DNA of 64,000 nucleotides from Escherichia phage EP75: sequence record MG748547; one strand, 5' to 3'. Shown piece by piece: positions 54,636 to 63,043 of this stretch (position 1 is its first letter; each line of letters starts with the position of its first letter). The notes under the pieces were generated by a model. It saw only the letters and a program-made list of their open reading frames with translations, ran no database searches and was not told where the DNA came from. The position numbers and the translations under genes were made by a program.

Positions 54636-54724
54636 GCGTGATGGAGATTAGCGCCCCCGACCTCCCCTTATATGTTGGTGTCGACTTGCCAACAGGGTGC
54701 TCTCTGATTCTGAGCTAATCACGC
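54636..54724 (-). ncRNA. 89-nt cloverleaf-like element I with non-canonical anticodon and T loops
   Basis: Acceptor GCGTGAT/ATCACGC and D arm TA-GCTC-AGAATCAGA-GAGC are canonical. The next arm is CCCT/AGGG plus GTTGG/CCAAC with a 10-nt loop. The last arm is GGAGG/TCTCC with a 13-nt loop. Confidence 0.35.
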
Positions 54725-55002
54725 TACAACAGGGAGTTTCGTTCTCCGACGGTCAAGTGCGTCCACTGACACCAGCGAGGTGGCTATTACGCCTCTATTC
54801 ACACAAGCCCCTGAGACTAGGGGTTAACTGGTTTTGGGCTGCAAACCCGACTCCCACTGTGTTATTTCCCTCATGTTTAATACTTTACCGCAGCCCAGCT
54901 AATTTGAAAAGTCCTCTCCCCTTTGAGCTACACTGCCCACAGCAGTGCGGACGAACCTTCACTCAAAACCGGATGCGCCGAAGTGGGCAACTGTTTACCG
55001 GA

Positions 55003-55044
55003 CTGATCGGGTAGACCCAGGAGAGAGCAGGTAATCCCGATCAG
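55003..55044. repeat. Inverted repeat, 9-bp stem
   Basis: CTGATCGGG (55003-55011) pairs with CCCGATCAG (55036-55044). Confidence 0.75.
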
Positions 55045-55115
55045 GAGGATGAGGAGTAACATCATGTAAAACATAGTGTTCCCTCCCTTCCATGCAACTA
55101 ACTTTACTACAATTA

Positions 55116-55128
55116 TTTATTGAATAAA
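55116..55128 (-). promoter_or_regulatory. Palindromic box heading the tRNA/structured-RNA locus
   Basis: TTTATTGAATAAA lies 4 nt after the stop of 55132..55701. Candidate -10 TAGTAA/TAAAGT lies 8-10 nt downstream on the minus strand. Confidence 0.4.
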
Positions 55129-55131
55129 GCG

Positions 55132-55701
55132 TTATTTTAACACTTCTAACTTCACAACACGACGCAGAAGGTAAACATATTCGCCAGCAGCTTCATGCGT
55201 CATATAATGGGTAGAAGGTGTGGAATGATTGTTCTGGGTTTCTTTTAATCCAACACGTTCTGCCCAACCATTAATAGAGTTCCCATAGAAACCGATAATC
55301 GCGCCAAAATAAATGCGCTGGCTTTCTGGCTCTAAAACATAGTTGACAGTGAAGCAAATATCAGAACGAATAGACTCCAGTTTCATACCAACACGACCTT
55401 CGGAGAATTCGTTACGAACATATAAATGACGGAAACGATCGCGCCGCGCTTGTGATGATTCTTCCAATTCTTGTCGGAGTGAAGAAGTTACGTCAATATT
55501 AAATGAAAATGTTGGATTCTGTAAATCGGAACGGGCCAACTCTAACGCAGATTCAACAACGCGACGGAAATTGATACTTTTACCTGTCAGGCGTTTCACT
55601 TCATCTGTGATTGTTCCAAAAGGGATTTTCGTGGCGCGTTCCCCTTCGTATTTTGCCAATAAAGGAATAATGTGTTTCATGATTGCTGTGTTAATGTGCA
55701 T
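55132..55701 (-). CDS. Hypothetical protein
   Basis: 189 aa. Promoter hairpin 55731-55763 upstream. Its stop abuts the box that heads the RNA locus. Confidence 0.5.
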   Translation of the reverse strand: MHINTAIMKHIIPLLAKYEGERATKIPFGTITDEVKRLTGKSINFRRVVESALELARSDLQNPTFSFNIDVTSSLRQELEESSQARRDRFRHLYVRNEFSEGRVGMKLESIRSDICFTVNYVLEPESQRIYFGAIIGFYGNSINGWAERVGLKETQNNHSTPSTHYMTHEAAGEYVYLLRRVVKLEVLK

Positions 55702-55730
55702 TCCGGAGCCTCACCGAATTGATTAAATGT

Positions 55731-55763
55731 CTCCATTATTATATTGGAGATACGTTTATTGAA
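55731..55763 (-). promoter_or_regulatory. Promoter cassette: TTCAATAA-N12-TATAAT in a hairpin loop
   Basis: Box 55756-55763, -10 55738-55743, stem TCTCCA/TGGAGA 55731-55750. Confidence 0.6.
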
Positions 55764-56016
55764 TATAAACACAGGAATGGCCAATAAAATAATGACAGTG
55801 ATTATTAATAGGTAAAAACTACTTTTCTACAACATCAAGAAACTGTATCTTAACGCGGTGCCCTTCGAGTTGTGAGTGTTAACGAACAACGAGAAGCAGC
55901 CTCCATGGCTGCGGAATGGGACTGCCTGTCAAGGCGGTGTTACGAGCGAGGGCTTTAGCCCCCTCGCGAGTATATTCGAATAAATTAACGCGCGAGAGCG
56001 TTTTGATTCCCTTTGG

Positions 56017-56023
56017 CTAAATA
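56017..56023 (+). promoter_or_regulatory. Late-type CTAAATA motif upstream of the baseplate gene
   Basis: GGCTAAATATC lies 41 nt before ATG 56064. Confidence 0.4.
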
Positions 56024-56063
56024 TCTTCAACACCATATTCAAACTCAGGTGATGGAGATTATC

Positions 56064-57845
56064 ATGGCCACGCAAACAGTTCCTTCACTCGACGTCAGAG
56101 CATTTGAATACATTATTAAACAGCGAATGAAAGCTGATCCCACCTTTAAAGATTATGACTTTGAAGGTTCTGGTCTTAGTGCGATTATTCGTTTGTTGGC
56201 ATCTGACGCGAACGCCATAGCCTTTATGCAAAACATGCTTAATGGTGAAGGCCATTTGAAGACAGCAAATCAACGTTCAAACGTCGGTTTATCTGCTGCA
56301 TTTCTTTCCTACACGCCTGACAACTATCGGGCAGCATACATGTATGTCAACATCAAAGTTACGCCTTATGACGCCAGCACAGCCCCCAATGAGATCATCA
56401 TGGATCGGCGCGTAATGTTCGTTGGGGCAAAAGACGGCAGTTCCTACAACTTTACTGTTGAGAAACCAGTGTCAGCAACGTTGACTGCAGACGGTTATTA
56501 CATGTTCAACAATGTAAAGTTGGTACAGGGGAATTGGTTGTACAAGACATATGATGTTGAAGGAAGCGCGATTTCAACATATACGATTCCTTCTGGGAAT
56601 GTCGATATCAATCATATGGTCGTGCAAGTACAAGAATCAGAGTCTTCCGACGTTTCGACGACATATCAACGTTACAACAGTCCATTTGATCTGAGCCAAT
56701 ATGCTTACCTGTATTTCGTAGAATTGGGTATTGACGGTCTGTATGTGTTTGAATTCGGTGATGGTTATCTGTCTCGCCGAGTAGAAGACGGAAACGTTAT
56801 TTTCCTCCAGTATTTAGAAACTTCTGGTGCAGAAGGTAACGACATCACCAGCTTGTCTTCCGCGTCTTCGATAGGCGGGTTTAACCAGGTTGACGTGGAA
56901 TTGGTTTCTGAACGCAGCGCGGGCGGCGGGGATCCAGAATCTATTGAAGACATCAAACGTCTGGCTCCTTTAGCTTATCAGGCCGATGGCGCTGCCGTTA
57001 CGGAAACGGATTATGGTGTGTTGACAGAAAGGCTGTTCTCTAACGTTGCCCGTGCCAAATCTTATGGTGGTGACACGCTTTCTCCACCGGATTCCGGCTA
57101 CGTTTATATTGCTGTGATACCATCTGTTGGTGAGACTCTTTCAGACGCGGAGAAGGCTGATATCGTTGCTTCTTTGGACAAATATAATGTGGGGTCTATC
57201 ACTCCCAAAGTGGTGGACTCAGACATAACATATATCCAAGTTGCGACAACAATATTTTGGGATCCGACTTCGACAGTTTATGTTGAAGAACAGATGAAAG
57301 TCGTGGTTGGCAACAGTATTGTCAAATGGGGCGAAAACAATCTCGGCGGGTTTGATCAGTTGTTCGACAAAGAGATATTGCAGGAAGCAATTACGAAAAT
57401 GGAACGTTCCATTAACTCAAATATCACGTCTGTCGGTTATAAACGTCATTTCAAACCTGATTATGGTGTGTTGGATAGCTTTACTTTCAGTTATGGCAGA
57501 AGCATTAAACCTGGTTCTGTAAAAATAACAGGGTTTAAACCACTTCCGGCCGAAGTTGATTTCACTTATTACATGCGTGATGAAAATGGAAATTTGAACA
57601 TGTATAAGGTGAATAACAATGACACAACCAAAGAATTTTTGGTTCAGAAAACAGGCGTTGTGGATTACACCAACGGTGTCGTCGACCTTCAGCAGATTAC
57701 GGTTTCAAATTATAATCCTGAAGGGATAACGATTGTCGTGCTACCAGATGGACTGAATCAAAATATACAGGCTTCACAGAACCAAGTATTCAAAATTGGT
57801 GATGTGGTTGTTACGCCAGAGGTGCGCTATGTCCAAAGATCTTAA
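56064..57845 (+). CDS. Baseplate wedge protein (gp6 / baseplate-J-like)
   Basis: Start ATG 56064 (SD GGAG). N-terminus FEYIIKQRMKADPTFKDYDFEGSGLSAIIRLLA is typical of J-like baseplate proteins. CTAAATA motif 41 nt upstream. Confidence 0.55.
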   Translation: MATQTVPSLDVRAFEYIIKQRMKADPTFKDYDFEGSGLSAIIRLLASDANAIAFMQNMLNGEGHLKTANQRSNVGLSAAFLSYTPDNYRAAYMYVNIKVTPYDASTAPNEIIMDRRVMFVGAKDGSSYNFTVEKPVSATLTADGYYMFNNVKLVQGNWLYKTYDVEGSAISTYTIPSGNVDINHMVVQVQESESSDVSTTYQRYNSPFDLSQYAYLYFVELGIDGLYVFEFGDGYLSRRVEDGNVIFLQYLETSGAEGNDITSLSSASSIGGFNQVDVELVSERSAGGGDPESIEDIKRLAPLAYQADGAAVTETDYGVLTERLFSNVARAKSYGGDTLSPPDSGYVYIAVIPSVGETLSDAEKADIVASLDKYNVGSITPKVVDSDITYIQVATTIFWDPTSTVYVEEQMKVVVGNSIVKWGENNLGGFDQLFDKEILQEAITKMERSINSNITSVGYKRHFKPDYGVLDSFTFSYGRSIKPGSVKITGFKPLPAEVDFTYYMRDENGNLNMYKVNNNDTTKEFLVQKTGVVDYTNGVVDLQQITVSNYNPEGITIVVLPDGLNQNIQASQNQVFKIGDVVVTPEVRYVQRS

Positions 57846-58683
57846 TAATGGACACAATGGGGTTAAGTATGAAACCCCATTGTTCTATCAGAACGATTTT
57901 CCTCTGTTCATAGAGTTCATGGACACGTTCTTTAATTGGCTGTATCGGCAGCAGGGCTTCACTCAAGAAGAAATTTTGGCATATCTGGCAGACACTTCGA
58001 GTTGGATGAACCCTGAAAGTGAAGATTCTCCTGTTAAACAACTCATAGATTTGAAGGCCGACAAAACGCCAGGCTCTGAAGCCAAAGATTATCTGTCAGA
58101 TAAATTTTTGGTCAGAACATTTGAGAACATGATGGCACTTGATGCTGAGACGTTGTTGGATGCTGATGGAAGACCATTATTTTCTATTGAAGATAAGAAT
58201 AAGCAGATAGACGACTGGTATAATGATTTTGGGTTTCAACGAACTGTCGATAAATCATTTCAAGAATTTGGACATTTTATCCCAGTCGGTTCGGATTCGT
58301 TGTTGACGGCCACGGGCGATACGTTCTCTGTCTATATTGAAGGAACTAACCGAAGAACTCTGGATCATCCGCGTTGGCTTAAATTGTTGAAGCACATCTA
58401 TAAAATACGTGGAACAAAGAAAGCGATTGAATTGTTCTTTTGGATATATTTCGGTTGTCCAGTCAGCGTCTATTTTACGAAAGAAGACATAGGCGGTCTG
58501 GACGGAAATTTTGAATGTGACGGCACGACAGGGATGCGTGATGATTACTATTATGATGAATACACTTATGTTATAGGAGTCCCAGGCGACGTATCTGATT
58601 TTGAAGGTGTGTTTGAACGCGTCTTCCGTCAGCATTTCCATCCTGCTGGATTTACTGTATTCCTAGAAAGCACAAGGAGCTAA
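57829..58683 (+). CDS. Putative baseplate/tail-fibre-network protein
   Basis: ATG 57829 overlaps the upstream gene by 17 nt. Assigned by position after the J-like gene. Confidence 0.4.
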   Translation: MSKDLNNGHNGVKYETPLFYQNDFPLFIEFMDTFFNWLYRQQGFTQEEILAYLADTSSWMNPESEDSPVKQLIDLKADKTPGSEAKDYLSDKFLVRTFENMMALDAETLLDADGRPLFSIEDKNKQIDDWYNDFGFQRTVDKSFQEFGHFIPVGSDSLLTATGDTFSVYIEGTNRRTLDHPRWLKLLKHIYKIRGTKKAIELFFWIYFGCPVSVYFTKEDIGGLDGNFECDGTTGMRDDYYYDEYTYVIGVPGDVSDFEGVFERVFRQHFHPAGFTVFLESTRS

Positions 58684-58685
58684 AA

Positions 58686-59876
58686 ATGGCCGATTTCCTG
58701 AGTCAATATACAGGTCAGCAGATAGATCAGATATTAGGTTCTGTTGATGACAAAGTAAGTAAAAACGACGTCATTGATGATTTTGAAGTCAGTGACCCAT
58801 TGTTTCCGCCTTCTGCTCGCCTGACTTATGAGTTGAAAAGGTCTGTGGATACGATTAATGACACCCTGACCAACAAAGTTATAAGAACGGATAGTGGTGA
58901 ACAGACAATCAACGGTAAGAAGACATTTAATGCGCTGTTGGTGACCAATGGGGGCATACAAGTCCCCGCTGGGAAATCTGTTTCAATCGCGGACGAACCA
59001 ACCAACTCAACAGACGGTGTCAACCTGAGTATGTTGAGGAAACATGGTGTCAGTGAAGACACTACCCCGCCTGGTTCTGGTTTGGCTGGGGAGTTGTTGA
59101 CATCCGGATATTACAAATTCAATTTGGATTTCACCAGATTGTCTGCGTATACCGGACCAACGTTGCCGACTTCAGTTCCTGTGCAGACAGATTCTGGAGC
59201 GCGTTATTGGACAATGACTGCATTTTTTGATGCGTTGTTTGCAGACAACCGATTTAATGGATATGTGACAACGACAGCGTATGACGCAGATATGCTGAGT
59301 CTAGAGTCTCAGATTAATAACATCAACACGTCGTTGAACGGGAAAGTCAACACCTCGACTTACAACACTAAGATGGCGTCGTTGGATTTGAGTATCTCCA
59401 ATATCAACACGTCTCTGGGTAATAAAGTCGAGGTCAGCACGTACAACACGAAGATGACATCTCTGGATAACAGCATCAGTTCTCTTTCCAGTGATAAAGT
59501 TAGTGTATCAACGTATAATGCCAAGATGACCTCTATCGACAACAGTTTGGGGAACGCCGTTTATCGTACCAAAACGAATTTGTCGTCATACACGGTTTCG
59601 GCTTCGGGAACGACGGCTCTTCCAGATTTTGATTTGGTGAACCTTTGTCAAATACTGGTAACTGCGCAATGGGGGACAGGTAACGTTGTTGACACATATC
59701 GAGTAACCATAACTCGTGACGGAACGATCAAATCAGAGTTGTTGGTTCAGAAAAGTACGAGCGGTACAGTGACGTTCACAGGGGCTGTGGTGGGTGGTAA
59801 ATTGAGAATTTCCGTTGTTAATGCAAATACAACAACCGCTTGTTCTGTCGATTATTCTATTACAGCTTCTTTCTAA
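58686..59876 (+). CDS. Tail fibre protein with internal 27-aa tandem repeats
   Basis: Three copies of a NTSL.NKV.VSTYNTKM.SLD.SIS-type unit. Fibrous Ser/Thr/Asn-rich composition. Confidence 0.6.
   Translation: MADFLSQYTGQQIDQILGSVDDKVSKNDVIDDFEVSDPLFPPSARLTYELKRSVDTINDTLTNKVIRTDSGEQTINGKKTFNALLVTNGGIQVPAGKSVSIADEPTNSTDGVNLSMLRKHGVSEDTTPPGSGLAGELLTSGYYKFNLDFTRLSAYTGPTLPTSVPVQTDSGARYWTMTAFFDALFADNRFNGYVTTTAYDADMLSLESQINNINTSLNGKVNTSTYNTKMASLDLSISNINTSLGNKVEVSTYNTKMTSLDNSISSLSSDKVSVSTYNAKMTSIDNSLGNAVYRTKTNLSSYTVSASGTTALPDFDLVNLCQILVTAQWGTGNVVDTYRVTITRDGTIKSELLVQKSTSGTVTFTGAVVGGKLRISVVNANTTTACSVDYSITASF
59325..59567 (+). repeat. Three 81-nt tandem repeats inside the tail-fibre gene
   Basis: AACACGTC... 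unit restarts at 59325 and 59406 (period 81 nt, 27 aa). The third copy is degenerate. Confidence 0.7.
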
Positions 59877-59878
59877 AA

Positions 59879-59918
59879 CTAAATACCCCTAGATGACATG
59901 AATACATTTAGGGGTATT
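59879..59918 (+). promoter_or_regulatory. Late-type cassette CTAAATACCCCTA-N17-TAGGGGTATT before tailspike 1
   Basis: 10-bp stem 59882-59891/59909-59918. GGGG (59911-59914) is the only SD-like element, 8 nt before the ATG. Confidence 0.55.
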
Positions 59919-59922
59919 ACAA

Positions 59923-62900
59923 ATGGCCAACAAACCAACACAGCCTCTTTTCCCTTTGGGTTTAGAAACTTCTGAGTCTTCGAACATAAAAGGCTTCAAC
60001 AACTCCGGCACTATTGAGCATTCCCCTGGTGCCGTAATGACATTCCCTGAAGATACTGAAGTTGCAGGTCTTCCATCTTCTGTGCGTTACAATCCCGATA
60101 GCGATGAATTTGAAGGTTATTACGAAAACGGTGGTTGGTTGTCTTTGGGGGGCGGCGGAATACGCTGGGAAACGCTCCCTCACGCTCCCTCTAGCAATTT
60201 GTTAGAAGGTCGCGGCTATCTCATTAATAACACCACAGGGGCATCTACAGTGGTTCTCCCTTCCCCTACGCGTGTTGGGGATTCCGTTACTATTTGTGAT
60301 GCCTATGGGAAATTCGCGACGTATCCATTGACCGTATCTCCAGCGGGAAATAACCTGTATGGTTCCACTGAAGACATGGCTATAACAACTGATAACGTAT
60401 CAGCAACGTTCACTTGGTCTGGACCTGAACAAGGTTGGGTTATCACATCCGGCGTCGGCCTTGGCCAAGGCCGTGTCTACAGTCGTGAAATCTTTACACA
60501 AATTTTGGCGTCTGAAACAAGTGCTGTCACTCTCAATACTCCACCAACAATCGTGGACGTGTACGCTGACGGAAAACGTCTTGCGGAATCCAAATATTCA
60601 CTAGATGGGAATGTGATCACTTTCAGTCCTTCTTTGCCAGCCAGCACAGAACTTCAGGTGATTGAATATACTCCTATTCAATTGGGTAATGGCGGTGGTT
60701 CTGGTTCTTCTACGATTACCTGGGTCTATAATGGGGGTTCAGCGGTTGGCGGTGAAACCGAAATCACGTTAGACATCGTTGTCGATGATGTTCCAGCCAT
60801 TGATATAAACGGAAGTCGCCAGTATAAAAATCTGGGGTTCACATTCGATTCATTAACCAGTAAAATCACTCTTGCGCAAGAACTGGATGCAGAGGATGAA
60901 GTTGTTGTAATTATCAATGGAACGCCAAACATCTATAATCAAATTGATTATACTTTGCGGGAAGTGGCTCGTGTAACCAATGTTAAAGATACAGAGGTCA
61001 TTTATTTTAGTGTTGGTGCTGTGTTAAGTGGGTATAAAGTTATCTATGATAAAGTAACACAGAGATCATATTTTATTCCAGAGCTACCGACTGGAACCAC
61101 GGCAGTCAGCCTTAGTTCTTCGGCTGTACTTGTGCATTCAGCTGGTAGTGTTGATCTGGGCGCATTAGCTGTATCTCGCGAAGAGTATGTTACCTTGTCT
61201 GGGACATTTGATTCTGGTGCTGTCATCAATACTAAAAATGAATTACTCACCCATACGAACGGTAAGTATCGCTGGGATGGTTCACTTCCTAAAACTGTCG
61301 ATGCTGGATCAACACCTGAAACATCTGGTGGAGTTGGTATTGGTGAATGGGTAAGTGTTGGTGATGCTTCTTTAAGATCTGATTTGAATTCGACAAATGG
61401 AGCTGGAATTGTAAAAACTGGAAATGGGAATACTGTACAAGAAACATTTGATTTTATAAAAAATGTTCAACAAACAAATCTACATCCTTTTGTTCCTTCA
61501 GGCAATTTCGGTTCTGGACTTCCTTTTGATTCTTCGTTACAGGTATTCAAGTATAATGATGAATATTACTCATACAAAGGACCTATTGTCCCAGGTTCGA
61601 CAGTTCCGGCAACCCCATCCGTTGACTCAAACTGGAAAAAAGAACCTATTTCTGATTACATAGAAAATTACGGTGGTGGTGTGCATGTAGCTGATCAGAC
61701 ACCTGCAATTATGGCGGCTATATCTGCTGGTGTTCGCCGTATCATATTTCCTAAAGGTGAACTTAGAATGTCTCAGTGTGATATCCCAGAGTACACACAA
61801 GGCCTCACGTTTGAAGGGCAAGGTGCCAATCAGGCGTACACTGGAACAACAGTGATCAAACCGTTAAATGATAATCAAAATTGTTTATTTAATTCTGGCG
61901 TAAACCAGCACGGACAGGATTCTATAAAATTTAAAAACATTCAATTTGACGGAGAATGGCGTTGCAATCATGCAATATTGCATGAGTCTGGAGCTGGTTG
62001 GTACTATGAAAAACTGACAGGTAAAAATTTCAATACATGGGTTATCTACGATGATCAGGGTTTGACTGTAATGCGTGACGTTTATACCGAAGCAACCAGT
62101 TCAGATCTGACGAAAAGAGCTACAGGTGGGTGTATCCGTATATACTCAGATTCTGTAATGGACACCGTAAACTGTTATGGTGGAAGTGTTCCGCTATTGC
62201 TCGCTGCTGGTGGAAACCGAATTACGAATATCTGGGCAAATGGTGGGTATGATGTTGGCGCAATAATGTTGATGCCAAAAAATGACAGTACTAACCATAT
62301 CAATACCGCTATGAGCAATATCTATATCGGAGAAAGCACAAATACATCTGCAACTGCAATTCCAGTTCTTCACATACAAGGTAACTCAATTCGTCGCGTA
62401 TCTGGTGTTCAGATTTCAAATGCACATTTTGTGCATGCTGACTTGACTCTCAATACAAACATGGTGATGATACGAACCGATAAAGTTGATGGTTTTGTGA
62501 TGTCATCTTTTGATGTTCTTGGACGAGGCGAGTACAGTTCTGCAAGCAGTCGCACATATAATTTCTTAAATGCGACAGATTCTACCGGAATGGCTTTTTC
62601 TGCCGGAAGTGTAAGAGGTATTAATAATAACCCAATAGTTTTATCATCAGGGTCTAGGTTAGCTATTGATGCCGTTGAATTCGATGGGTGGAGTACGAAC
62701 TCTGATTCAGGTATAGAGAATAAAGCTGCTATACGTTCATCTGGTGCTGGAACAAGGTGCTGCATTGGTAGCTCATGTACTTTCAATGCTTCGCAAGCGG
62801 ATGCTTACGCTGTGTATGCAGGGGATGAATTTGCAGTTGATATTTCTATTCTTAATCTTAACTATCCTAGTAGCAATATAATAATTCCTGCAAATACAAA

Positions 62901-62964
62901 TTACAGTTACATGTATAAGCGACCAGGCGGAAAATTAACCTTAGTCAACACATTGACAATTTGA
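59923..62964 (+). CDS. Tailspike protein with branched-adapter N-terminal region and beta-helix-like C-terminus
   Basis: 1013 aa. N-terminus resembles the ViI/CBA120 TSP anchoring region from memory. Contains the roughly 130-aa module shared with the next spike. Confidence 0.7.
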   Translation: MANKPTQPLFPLGLETSESSNIKGFNNSGTIEHSPGAVMTFPEDTEVAGLPSSVRYNPDSDEFEGYYENGGWLSLGGGGIRWETLPHAPSSNLLEGRGYLINNTTGASTVVLPSPTRVGDSVTICDAYGKFATYPLTVSPAGNNLYGSTEDMAITTDNVSATFTWSGPEQGWVITSGVGLGQGRVYSREIFTQILASETSAVTLNTPPTIVDVYADGKRLAESKYSLDGNVITFSPSLPASTELQVIEYTPIQLGNGGGSGSSTITWVYNGGSAVGGETEITLDIVVDDVPAIDINGSRQYKNLGFTFDSLTSKITLAQELDAEDEVVVIINGTPNIYNQIDYTLREVARVTNVKDTEVIYFSVGAVLSGYKVIYDKVTQRSYFIPELPTGTTAVSLSSSAVLVHSAGSVDLGALAVSREEYVTLSGTFDSGAVINTKNELLTHTNGKYRWDGSLPKTVDAGSTPETSGGVGIGEWVSVGDASLRSDLNSTNGAGIVKTGNGNTVQETFDFIKNVQQTNLHPFVPSGNFGSGLPFDSSLQVFKYNDEYYSYKGPIVPGSTVPATPSVDSNWKKEPISDYIENYGGGVHVADQTPAIMAAISAGVRRIIFPKGELRMSQCDIPEYTQGLTFEGQGANQAYTGTTVIKPLNDNQNCLFNSGVNQHGQDSIKFKNIQFDGEWRCNHAILHESGAGWYYEKLTGKNFNTWVIYDDQGLTVMRDVYTEATSSDLTKRATGGCIRIYSDSVMDTVNCYGGSVPLLLAAGGNRITNIWANGGYDVGAIMLMPKNDSTNHINTAMSNIYIGESTNTSATAIPVLHIQGNSIRRVSGVQISNAHFVHADLTLNTNMVMIRTDKVDGFVMSSFDVLGRGEYSSASSRTYNFLNATDSTGMAFSAGSVRGINNNPIVLSSGSRLAIDAVEFDGWSTNSDSGIENKAAIRSSGAGTRCCIGSSCTFNASQADAYAVYAGDEFAVDISILNLNYPSSNIIIPANTNYSYMYKRPGGKLTLVNTLTI
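60994..61385 (+). repeat. Tailspike shared module, copy 1
   Basis: EVIYFSVG...YRWDGSLPKTVDAGSTPETSGGVG...VGDA. 61273-61331 differs from 63416-63474 at a single position. Confidence 0.85.
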
Positions 62965-63003
62965 TAACAAGAACCCATGATTCATAAATTTTATTAGTTC
63001 AGA

Positions 63004-63040
63004 CTAAATACCCCATATTGGTCATCCTTTATGGGGTATT
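63004..63040 (+). promoter_or_regulatory. Late-type cassette CTAAATACCCCA-N16-TGGGGTATT before tailspike 2
   Basis: 9-bp stem 63007-63015/63032-63040. GGGG lies 7 nt before ATG 63044. Confidence 0.55.
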
Positions 63041-63043
63041 ATC

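Noticed and set aside
51716-55014. Track ORFs inside the RNA locus (51716-51997, 51801-52049, 52480-52701, 52830-53084, 53170-53397, 53563-53907, 54318-54593, 54697-55014).
   Set aside because: They overlap tRNAs or long hairpins. The two I checked (52830-53084 and 53170-53397) start on GTG with no SD. They lie on both strands without operon logic and have low-complexity, Arg/Ser/Cys-rich shadow-frame composition.
51473-55130. A CRISPR array or other regularly spaced repeat array.
   Set aside because: The hairpins have different sequences and irregular spacing. There is no shared direct repeat unit and no cas-like gene in the window.
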